From Rotaria socialis (Eukaryota), in NCBI GenBank assembly GCA_905331295.1, contig CAJNYD010000185.1:62001-126000 (forward strand): a stretch of 64,000 nt of DNA, written 5' to 3'. Below the pieces are notes generated by a model, which did not search any database, was not told where the DNA came from, and saw only the letters and a list, made by a program, of their open reading frames with translations. Shown here piece by piece: positions 50,017 through 61,242 of this stretch. A program made the translations under genes and the position numbers. Positions within the stretch are counted from its first letter, which is position 1. The number at the start of each line of letters is the position of its first letter.

Positions 50017-52402
50017 AGTAATAGCCTACGGGTTCTGTTTTTGTAATGTCTATTCTAGCCATATGTTTGAACTTATAAATGGTGATAAAAATTAATGCAA
50101 ATATTAAAAAAAATGAATAACTAACGCTTGTAAAATTGTAGGAAGTAATTATTTTGCAATATAGGAAAATTTCAGCTTCTCGGTATTTAAATTTAAGCAA
50201 TTGTAGACGTATGTAGGTCGAACATAGAAAAAACGGAACCTCAACAAAAATAAATAAATAAATTCGTATCATAAAAAGGAACTGGAGCAGTGTATGAGTA
50301 TTAATGGAGCGAGAAAGAAAAGAAAAAAACGACAATGTTTGATGACAGGAAGTGAAGAATCAGCAAGACTTACATATAAAGAAGAAATATCAAAGAAAAC
50401 AAATTCAATTAGTTCGTTTGAACTAGATGCGGCGTAGGAGAATAATAGAAACAACTTAGCATTAGAATATTTTATAAGACTCAATATAAATCAGGATTCT
50501 CAAGAAAAACAAAGCACTTCAGTATTTCTGCATATTAAAAGTAGAAGCAGTTTATTGAAATTTGCGCTGCTTAAGGTAAATAATTTATGAAGTGAACAAC
50601 AGCAAAAACAAAAATAGAAGAGGATTCTCTTTAAAAATTTCTCAAGTTATTCATTCTTCTATATATCTATCTATCTATCTGTGACAGAGTTCAATATATC
50701 ATAAATAATTATTCTTACAGTCAACTCGGTCTGAGTTCTGCATAAACTTGCGCAATGACTTTGCCAAGAAAAATAGCGAATCGATTGTTTTCGCTACGAG
50801 CATTCATAACCATTGGGTTCAACTGAAAAACATAAAGTCCTTGTTTTCATATAAAAACATTCTTCAACAAGCGAATCAGTATAATGAAGCTCATCAAGAA
50901 GCTACTGTAAAATTAAACATTTTCCAAAGAAAGTTAGCTTCGTCACGAAACGATAACTAAATGGCGGTTAGGGATGCAGAGATTGTTTTAGTCCTATTAT
51001 TATCAAACTATTTGAATATCAGACAATAACAGATAAATTTTGTTATCATCCGAAATCAGTTAATCAATATATTCAATTTAGATTGCTCAAGCAATCTTTT
51101 ATGATTATCTTGGTTTCATATGGGTAATCTGCTAATTATTTTTTCAATTAAACTACTAACTATATTAAAACTCTAATTACACTAACAAGCTTCAGAAGAA
51201 AAACATGATGCTAAAGAATTCATAAATCTTGACAAAAACATGTTGTTTTCATATTCTTGTACCATGAATAACTTAATTATACAAGCAGATATATGATTTA
51301 TTTTCATATAAAGGAAAGATATGATAATTCCAAATTTTATGCTTAAGAGCGTATATATGACGTCAGAGAAATAATTAAAAAAAACCTTATTCTTATAGAT
51401 TGATCCTAATACTATATTATATTTAAAATACAATTGTAGGAAAATTTTAATCAACGCGAAAGTTATTTTCCGGTTCAACAGTACAGTATAAAAACTAAGT
51501 TACAAAGTAAGTAAAGTCAAGGTTGACCTGACTCGATAAACTTAAATCAATTCAAAAATCCCAAGAGCTATTCTAACACACATCAATCGAAAAATAGTGT
51601 TGTTTTTACTCGCAAGCTTCAATTGTATTTTTATTTGCCATCGGTTTAACCTCCGAAGAATCAACTAAATAAAATAACCCATTAATAACAAGACAAATTA
51701 AAAATAATCTAGTTCACAACTTTAGAATTATTTTTATGTTCTTCTTTCGGTGCTTATAAATCATTGCTATTCAACTGTGATAAAACACCCAATTTGTTTA
51801 TGTCACCTACAATATCGCTAGAACGTCATATTCATTTTCCATGATTAACTTTAATTGTCAAGAATGAAAATTTACAATTCGTTAATAAATGTTTTTAAAT
51901 GAATAGCAAACCTTTATGTATGTATTCCTTTTTTTGAAAATTCCTTTGATAGATTTTCAAATAATTTTAATTTAATAAAAACTTGGAATTTTGTGTTTTT
52001 ATTTACACCGACATTAAATAACCGGAAGTTGGAAAAATAAGAGATTGTTCCCTACTAAAACAAAAACAACGAAAGGACCATAAGATTACATGCACAAACA
52101 ACAATAACGATGGTATGCGTGTATGTGAGTCGGTCGAAGGGCAAAGGAATGATATTTCGTATACGAACAACGATCACGAAAATACATATAAAAAAAAGAA
52201 AAAGATAAAGAGAAAAATAAATAAATACTTGTAAATATTAATCAGTCTTGACGACAAAAATAAGACAACAACACCAACAACGAACAACAGCAATCAAATG
52301 AATATCGCACAGTAACAACAAAAGAAAAGTGTATGTAGGACAAGAAAAAAAAATAGGAATGATTTTTTCTTTTTTTTTTTGCGTTTCTTTCTGCAATATT
52401 AT

Positions 52403-55068
52403 TTATGATGGCTTTCCATCTTCAGGATCTTTAAGTGAATGCCACTGAGCAATAGGCCGCCGTGGTGATGCAAGCATATCGGACCAATGGCGTAGTTCAG
52501 TGCCGGTTGCATTACAACCCAAAACAACTTTTCCAATAGGCTCCGATGTACCGATACGATCATAATCAACTACGGTAACTACTAATTGCACTTTCTAAAA
52601 CACAAAAATTTCATTTTTATTTTTATTGTCTAATTTAAAATTAAAATAAATCTATACTTGGATTTGTTCAAACGGTACTTCAAATGTAAATGATTCATTA
52701 TAATATGGATTTAATGTACATTTTTTGATCGATGTTTTCTTCTTTTTCAAACGTTTTCCATTCATCATTAATGATAATTTAACATATGGATCTAAAATTG
52801 AAAGTCTCCTTTTGTTCTTCTTCTTCGACAAGATTCATTCCTTTATAACCTACCAGAAAGTCCGCCGACATCCATCTTTTTGAGATTTTTAGCTTCGAGT
52901 ATTGTTATTGTTAATTTACCTGCTGTTGGAACGTATCGAAGTGAAAAACAAATGTCGCCCAATTTATTTTCCTATACAACACAATCAACGATAATCTACA
53001 ATAGGATATCTATCTATGAGTAACATACAGCTTCGCGTTCACCAGGCGGAGGGGTTAAATCTTTAATTTCTCTTATAACTTTTCCTAGATCGACTGTATT
53101 AAGTGCAATTTGTACTTCACCAATTTGATCATGTCGTGAAAATCGATCAAAATCGTAGACAGCAAATACCAATGTTTTCCCACCTATTTCACCGTAAGCC
53201 AAATTCTATATTTATCATAACAAAAACATAAAAATTATTTATTGTTTCCTGATAGATTCATTTGTTAATTAACCTTAAAGATAAATGTTTCATTAAACAC
53301 AGGATTTAATGTTTTTCGATAAACTTTTGTTTCGAATTTTTTCTTTTTATCTGGTAATACATAGACTTTAACATATGGATCAGATGTTCCACTCATGTCC
53401 ATAGCTGGCAATTCTTGAGCTTGTATAACTTCAACTTTAAGCTATAAGAAGAAAAACAACAATCGATCTTTTCTCTCTCTCTAAAACATACTTCTTGTTT
53501 TTGAAAATCATAATCAAGTGAATATTCTAACTTTCCTAAATTAGGTGCTTCACTCTTTTTTGAATCGGCGTCTTCATTGTCTTCCATATTTGGTGTTAAT
53601 TCTTCGACATCGGGTTGGACCTATTAGATAATGTATAACAAAACAAAAACAATTTCTTCATGTAATTTATTTTATTTTCTATTTACCTTTTCTTTATGTA
53701 AGCCAAATGTTTTAACAGCTTGTAAATCGATTCCTTTGCCACCTTTGACACCTTTCTTTTTCCATATTTTTCGACATGTACGACGTATGCAACAAGCTAA
53801 GCACGTAGCTAATGTGAGTAGGACTACGATTACAATTATAATTGTAGCCCATGGTGGCACTAAAAGAAAAATAATAGATCAATAATAAAAAAAAAGATCA
53901 GTGCCCAAACACTGAATCGAACAATGGACCTTCTCTTTACGAGAGAGATGCTCTACCGGCTGAGCTATTTGGGCGATTGTTATTTAAGAATATCAAATTA
54001 AAATTTTTTATTATCCCTAATTGATGTCTTGTTTTCTCGAAATCTTCGGAGAATTCGTTTATTCTCATAAGTATTTTCTAAAAACTATTCACATACATAT
54101 ATAGAAATATGTATACATACGTCGGTAATTTGATGATAAGATTCTATTTGCATTTGGTAAAATCAATGAATTATTTTCGACTGGAAAGTTTTTCTGAAAC
54201 TTCATTCGAGTATGTAGACTCATTGAGACACTAATTTGTAAGTATGCATCAATAACCGTGTGGGAAAAGTCGAAGTATTATTTATCTAAGCAGCATGAAT
54301 ATTATAATAGCATAGCATCAGTATTTATCGTCTAAGTTATAAAATTGCCGTAAGAAAAAGAACGAAAAAGAAAATTGTTGTCGGTTCTGTTTTTCCTTTT
54401 TTTTGGATTATTTTTATGTATATCAACAAACGTGATGTTATATTTCTTTTAATAGTCGATACGCCACCTCATTACTATTCGTGTGTCAATACAAGAGCTT
54501 GAATTCATGTGGACTATAGGAAGAAAAAAGAGAATGGTACTGACACGAAAAAAAAATAACCTCTTCGTTATTATGAATGAGATTCATGTACACTGACTAT
54601 GATGTGTAGATTGACTTTAGTAGAATGTTAAGTACATAAATGTTCTCGCCTATAGAAAGGTATTTATTCAATAACACTTTCTTTGCGAAAATTTCACGCT
54701 TCGTTCTTTAGTATTTCTTGACGTATGACAAATTTCAACGGTAACAGTAAGAAAAATAAATCTATTAATCAAAGTTGAATGACTTCTCGGGGAGTCGGAT
54801 AAATGCATAGTTCTTTTTTTATTTTTGTTGTAATCATTAGAAAACCATTTTTATCAAAATGCTTACTTGGAACCTTTTCAATGGCATCTTTTCCAATTGC
54901 TTTCATCTTGTCGAATTGATTTTCAGTAGTTGTCAGTGGAGGGCCTGCTGAAACAGTAGTCGATGGTGGATTATTATCTTCTTCACCTTCACCTTCCTCT
55001 TCTTCATAATCGTCTTCGTCTTGCACCGTTTCTTGACGACGAAAACGACGATGTCGTAAATTACCCAT
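52403..55068 (-). CDS. SYT1: Synaptotagmin-1, multi-exon
   Basis: TM segment [24 protein letters not shown], linker [12 protein letters not shown]2A motifs [12 protein letters not shown] and [14 protein letters not shown]2B motifs MDVGGLSDPYVK, KKKKT and [12 protein letters not shown], and C-terminal [10 protein letters not shown]. Confidence 0.96.
53902..53974 (-). tRNA. tRNA-Thr (anticodon CGT)
   Basis: Minus-strand sequence GCCCAAATAGCTCAGCCGGTAGAGCATCTCTCTCGTAAAGAGAAGGTCCATTGTTCGATTCAGTGTTTGGGCA. It folds as a full cloverleaf with a 7-bp acceptor stem, TCTCT/AGAGA anticodon stem and TTCGA loop, followed by an oligo-T terminator. Confidence 0.93.
54121..54180 (-). CDS. Candidate 60-nt cassette exon of synaptotagmin-1
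   Basis: Flanked by ctttccag and gtatgt. Phase 1-1 and open in frame, encoding [20 protein letters not shown]. Confidence 0.5.
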
Positions 55069-55533
55069 TTGACTTGATTTGATTTATAAAATATTAAAAG
55101 TTAATAATGGCTAAAACAAAAAGGAACAAGCTAGATTAACATTCATTTTAGTCGATGGGCCTTTTTGTATGAATTTTAATAAACGACCGATGATATGAGA
55201 AAAACGAAGGAAACAAAATCGCATGAGTTAGAAGATATCTTTATCTTGAATACTTTTTTTTGTATGATAGAATAAAAAGGAAGCTGATGGAAACGCCATA
55301 GAGAAAAGAAACGACCAAGAGATTAATGCTACACGATACACACACAGTTGTTAGTTCGTTCTATATTTAATCATGAAAATGAGAAATTTTATCTGTGACA
55401 AAATAGTTTTCCTTTACCTACTTGTATTTGCATTACCAGCAACAATCACCACCGTCAAATCGACTACAACACGTGCTGTAGATGAATGATATGAGATTCT
55501 AAGTTCAGCTTACTTACTGTGTGATGCGCGCAG

Positions 55534-55560
55534 ACACACACACACACACACACACACACA
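55534..55560. repeat. (AC)n microsatellite
   Basis: Direct read of the sequence. Confidence 0.9.
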
Positions 55561-56242
55561 AGATAAAGATTATGGAAGTTCTGACGAGTAGCTCACAATA
55601 ACAACAGCAGCAACTAAAATTCCCTTTTTCTTCTCTTCCCTCTGTTTTTTGCTAATAGGGGGGTAGCCGATAAAGAGAGAAAAAGAAGAAATGAACCTTT
55701 TTCCTTCGTTTCTCGTTTGTTACTAACATGGAGCTAAAATGATGACGACGTGGCTCGCAATAGAAGGCAGTGTTTGTTCTTAGTATTGGCGTTCTCTCTC
55801 TCTCTCTTACTCTTTTTTTGTCGTAGCACGCATCCGCAATTAGCTGAAGGCGGAAGAAGAAATAAAGAGAGTCGCCATCATTTTTTTTCTTGTTTTCTTG
55901 TCGCAACTGCTACTGCTGCTTCTTCTTCTTCTTCTTCTTCTTCTTCTATTCCAATTCAGAACAAAAACTGAACGTTTGTCCCGACGTCGTCGTTGCCGTC
56001 GTTGCCGTCGTCGCCCCTAGTCGATAGCATGATGCTCAACCAGCATGACTGATTTTCTTCTCGCAATCCTATACGTATGAAAAAAGGAAAATAAGATCGC
56101 GAGAGAACTAACACACTTGCAGAAACGACAAGAAAAAACGAGCATTCTTCAACTTAATATTGAATGCGTAGAATTTTGTTATTTTCTACAGCGGGGAAAA
56201 ATGACGATGATGTCTTTCACTAATCAATCAATAGTTATAATA

Positions 56243-56274
56243 GAAGAAGAAGAAGAAGAAGAAGAAGAAGAAGA
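56243..56274. repeat. (GAA)n microsatellite
   Basis: Direct read of the sequence. Confidence 0.9.
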
Positions 56275-59200
56275 AAAAACAGATAAAGAGAGATCTATTC
56301 CAATAAGGAATAATAAAGCGTTGATATATAAAAAATAAAAGAAAAATATATATGGCGTTCATATGGCAATAGTATTGTTATCTTAACGGAAGGAATGTCT
56401 AATTGTACTAGAAAAGTAAAAACAAAATTAGGTTGACTCCTCTTTTTATTGTTTTCATATGAGAACAGATAATTTGTTTCCTAGATGGAGAGAGAAAAAA
56501 AAACAAGTAAAAAATCCGATGGTTACATTTTTTTTCTGTAGACAAAAACCAACAAGAAGAGATTACAATTCAAATGAATCATTTACTATTGATGACGCGT
56601 GTCATCTTGTGCAAAGAATGAAATTGATATTTAATTTTACTTGGATTTTACATTTTCATGACATCATGTTAAAAATCTATCCGATGGATATTTAGTTGCC
56701 TCGAAAAACATGTAAATTAATCAAGGAAGCGAATTCAAATTTGAACTATACCTAAGCAATGAAAATAGAATTAATTCAACAAAATAAAATTGTCTAGTAC
56801 ATCATCGTTTCAAATAATATATGAGCATTAATGATTTAAAGAAAGTCTTTTTTCTCTTTATATGAGAAAAGCAGGATCATATTTAATGCTTGAAAAGAGA
56901 AAACTATTCAAAAAGAATATGTGAATTCTATTTTTGGATCATTTTTCTATTCAACCATGTTTAATGAAATACGAGAAATTCTTTGATCAACCCGTTAGTA
57001 GTTACGTTATAGTTTTTGTTTGACTTCTCAAAAACATTATGATTCAACGAGACAGATGTCTATGACCTTGAAATAATCAAAATCAACTAACTATCGATAT
57101 CAATTTTTTATTTTACTTCCATGCTACGACTGTTCTTTTGCGGGCGTTGCTTTCTCAAGAAGAAATTCAACAACTCTAATAAAATATATGCAATTATTCG
57201 GTACATCTTGTGATTATATAATTATCTAGAATAAGTTATAGTTAACATATATCAGAGTATTTTTATAGAACAAAAATAAAAAATGTGTAAAGAAATGTTT
57301 TTATGTTAACTCTGTTTGTGTAGACTAAAAATACGTATCAAAATGTGAGAAATTGCCAATATGCATTTGAATTTCACACATTTCATTTTTTTAAATCAAA
57401 TTTTTTTTCATCATTAGAACTCAGCGGGTGAACTGATGCGAACATTATTTAATAGGAAGACAGAAAGAAAAATGCATTCTATTCGTAAGATCTAATTTTG
57501 CAGCACGAATGAAAACAAGCCTTTTGAAACGTTGAAATTGACACAAGAAAAATCGATGTATTATCTTTGTCATGAATGTCTAAACTTAGAGATTTTTAAG
57601 AACGCGACAAACTCTAATTATATTCAAAAACAACCTTTTTTGAAAGTATCTTTTATTTTATTCTCAACTGTTTTAAAAAAACTCATTGAATTGTCTGCAT
57701 GATCAAGCAAAGGGTCAACATTCTGATCGAGTTGTATTCTTCTTTATTATTAATTATATTGATTAAAAAGCAAATCACCCGAACGAAAATATTATATCAA
57801 CAGATTGCGGACGATCTTCAACGGACAAATCTCAATTTATCATTAAAATGAAATTAGCAATAGACAAACTTATCAAACTTTTTCAATGCATCAACATTTG
57901 TCATACTTAGAAAAAAAGTCACTTAGCAGGCACTTGAGAATTAGCGACAGAGGTTAATCAAAAGCAAAGTAAATCTATTGTTGCAGCATTAGTCATTACT
58001 CAAGCATTGTAACATATTTTCGTCAAATTAATAAATATAAACGAAACAATAAATACTAATAGAGTAACTAACCATGTGAGTAGAATATCCTAAAAAAATA
58101 GGTAGCATAATGCTAAATTAAGTATATCATTTTCATTTAAAATAAGGGAGTAGAAGTCGATGAGAATATGAGCACTAAGAGCACACCCTCAAGATAATAC
58201 CATCATTAAAAGATAATGAATGGAAAAAATAGGAAAATACGTTTCAGGTAGTGCCATTAATTATTTTCTAGATTTAATCGGATTATTTCATGTGGGGTTG
58301 CATGGCCAGAATGATGTCGGCCGTCTTTTTTGTTGTTATCATCGTCAAGTTTAAAAGGTCTGTATAAATATTTAAAGAAAAACAAAGATATGCCGTAAGT
58401 CTACGATGACATGCAAAACAAACAAAAAGTGATTCCATATATGGCTTTTTCGGAGTCGAAACTAACAGAAAACGAATAAAGGTTATGTAATAGAGTGCAC
58501 AAAAACAAAAGGAAGAATTGTTTTTTTTTCATTAGCTGTTGATGGCAAGACATCTTATCGTTAATCATTATTTTAATAATGAAAAAACTACAAAGAATAA
58601 TTTAGTAACAATCATATAGAAACAGGCTGATAAATGAATATGCGCCTAACAACAGCAGAAGAATGTTGAATTGATATATATTTAATAAGAACATGTGATT
58701 GATCTAACTTTAGTTTTGTTTTTTCATCTAGAGAATTTATCAAAAACTCCCTTGAATAATGAGTTCTATTAGTATGAGAGTCTAGTTAACTTTACGTATA
58801 AATTCAGACCATATTATATTAATAATTAATTCTAACACGCATAGTCTATGTATCGTTATTCAAAAGCAAACCACTAGATATATATTAACGTCAAAAACGC
58901 TTGCGTCCGTTACTGGTGTCATTATATTTATAGAGAAGGCAAACTAAATTTCTAAGAGTGACATCGCAAAAATAAAGGCTCAACAAGTCTAGAATGCGAC
59001 ATATGGCTTCCTGTACTCGTATGTTTCTCTAAAGCGACACAGTACTTTTTTTGTTTGTTGATAGAGCATCAAAAGAAGGCACGGTCAACCCGAAATAATA
59101 AATATAATTTATTCTTCAAGTTATTAATATTTTTCCAAAAACAGAGACACGCTCATGCTGTCGCATTAATATTACTCAACGAACTAGGAAATAATGTGAA

Positions 59201-59461
59201 ATATTCTTTGATTTATTCATAGAGAAATATAAAACTATAGTAAACAATGAATATCACTTCAACGAATTCATATTTTAATGCTAAACACTTTAAATGTCGA
59301 TTCAGTTACTTTTTTGAATTACATTTTTCATGAACTTTATCGAAAGATTTATGTTTATTGCAATATCTGATGAAACCATTGTCTGGCATTGAAAACAAAT
59401 ATTCTATAACCTTTTTGTTATTCTCTGCATTGTTTTGCTTTTATTCATTGCAAATAAAACG

Positions 59462-59767
59462 ATGCCAAATACTTCCTATGCTAATCTTCTATCCAACATG
59501 TTCTGCGTTCATATTTCCTTACCAAGAAAAACAAATATGGCGAAGTCTCAAGCTCGTACAGGCTATGCTGCAGCTTATCTCAAAGCTAAACATTACCATC
59601 GTCGGCAACAACAATTAAATTTATGTTCACGTATTTTATCATTTTGCAAACCAAATTTATTCGATAACAATGAATCGAAATTATGTCGGAAACGTTCTTC
59701 AATTAGAGGATGTGCAAGTTTCGCTCGTTATGATAGATATCAAGGTGACACAGAAGAAGATTGCTAA
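59462..59767 (+). CDS. Hypothetical basic 101-aa protein
   Basis: Open frame from ATG 59462 with protein-like composition. No recognisable domain. Confidence 0.4.
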   Translation: MPNTSYANLLSNMFCVHISLPRKTNMAKSQARTGYAAAYLKAKHYHRRQQQLNLCSRILSFCKPNLFDNNESKLCRKRSSIRGCASFARYDRYQGDTEEDC

Positions 59768-60639
59768 TTTCAACTATGAAGGACTTATCTATTATGCACA
59801 AGAGACATTCACGTCATGTAATAAAAAAAAACTCTATTGTCTATGGTTGGGTTAAGTTCACCTTTATAAGAAAATCTTTCTTGTTAATTACTTAAAGTTC
59901 TTCTAAATGTAACAGACCATGTGCAGTGAGAAAATGCAGTGAGCAGATAGTTCCATGATGATGAGCCAACTGGTTTCGATTTTTGATCAGATCTCGAAGA
60001 TGCAAACTCATGTCATGATGCATCTGCTTGTAGTTTTCTGCAGCATATGAAAATTGAAATTCTTTTTCGAGTGACAATTGACGAGTTGAAGATAGAAAAC
60101 AACGATTCTATACAGAAAAAATAGATGTAGCTACTATGTCTACTGTACTAAGAGTATACTGAGAGGAACTTTGATTTTAAAATTAAAATTGATTATTAGG
60201 TAGATATCAGTTGTCATTTCATCAAGTGCTTATTCCTTACTTCCTTGAGTATATACCTTTCATAATATTTTATTAATCTTCACATATAATTAATAATGAC
60301 AAGGTAGAAACAAATTCTAATATATATCATTAGTAATAAAAGTCTTATTAAATTGAATACTATTCGATTTTGTTTTGTTTTCTGAATTATATTCTCCTGA
60401 TATATAATTAAAAAGAAATAAGCAACCGATATATTGTTTTTAAAACCAAACAAACTGTACATACAAGCTCACTTGAGAATCAAGTTGCATTTTACAAAAA
60501 AAAACAAAAAAAGAGACGGCCAACATGTATACAAAAAGAAGTGAGAAATGGCGTTTATTCATAACATGTATAATGAGAAATCAACGAAAGACTTATGGCT
60601 ATAAAAACGAAGGAAATTTCTAGATTGGAATGAAAATGA

Positions 60640-61242
60640 TCATAATCGTGTTATGATTATGTCAGGCTCCTCGATTGTAGTATTGTTCTGAGTCGACACC
60701 GACGGCCGTTGATATTGAATGAGCATTGAAGATTTCTGAGGATGATCCTTTGTACCATTGGGAGCAGCAATTGAATTAGATTGATGACGATCTGAATTAT
60801 CTAATTTAAAACAAAAAAAATGTTTTTTTCCAGAAAATATTTAAAGAAAAAGATTACCAGTTTTTCTCAATAATGTGGGTGTCAAAAAAGCTTTGATAGC
60901 TCCCTTTGAAGTATCCGTATTATTAGTTAAATTTAACAATCGTGCTTTCATGCGATGTCTACGTCCATGCGAACCTGCTGTTAAAATAGGAACAGGAATG
61001 TTTTTATTGTCGTGCGCATTTGATTGGATATAACCTAGTGCAGCATAGGATTTATATAGATGAAGACTCGTATCGAAAAACCGAGAATCATTAGTAAATA
61101 TCGATTGAAAATGATCACGATTTTCATACCGAAGATTTGACGAATTATTAGCAAGGTCATTTTGTGTTAATGTTGCATCGGATACTATTGATGATGATGA
61201 TGATGATGATCTAACAGCACTCGTCGTATGTACTGAAGACAT
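60640..61242 (-). CDS. Two-exon hypothetical protein ending in a class I PDZ-binding-like motif (ITRL)
   Basis: Exons 61242-60858 and 60800-60640 join in frame across a 57-nt GT-AG intron. Ser-rich N-terminus; ends EEPDIIITRL-stop. Confidence 0.65.

Noticed and set aside
49970..50335. 121-aa minus-strand ORF from the track (…MARIDITKTEP…)
   Set aside because: It is in the wrong frame to join the downstream exon. The ATG at 50016, in another frame, gives a signal peptide and the correct phase.
50294..50960. Three-exon coiled-coil-like gene on the plus strand
   Set aside because: Splice phases do not join cleanly and there is no recognisable domain.
55652..56338. Short ORFs upstream of SYT1
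   Set aside because: They are driven by microsatellites and low-complexity promoter or UTR sequence.
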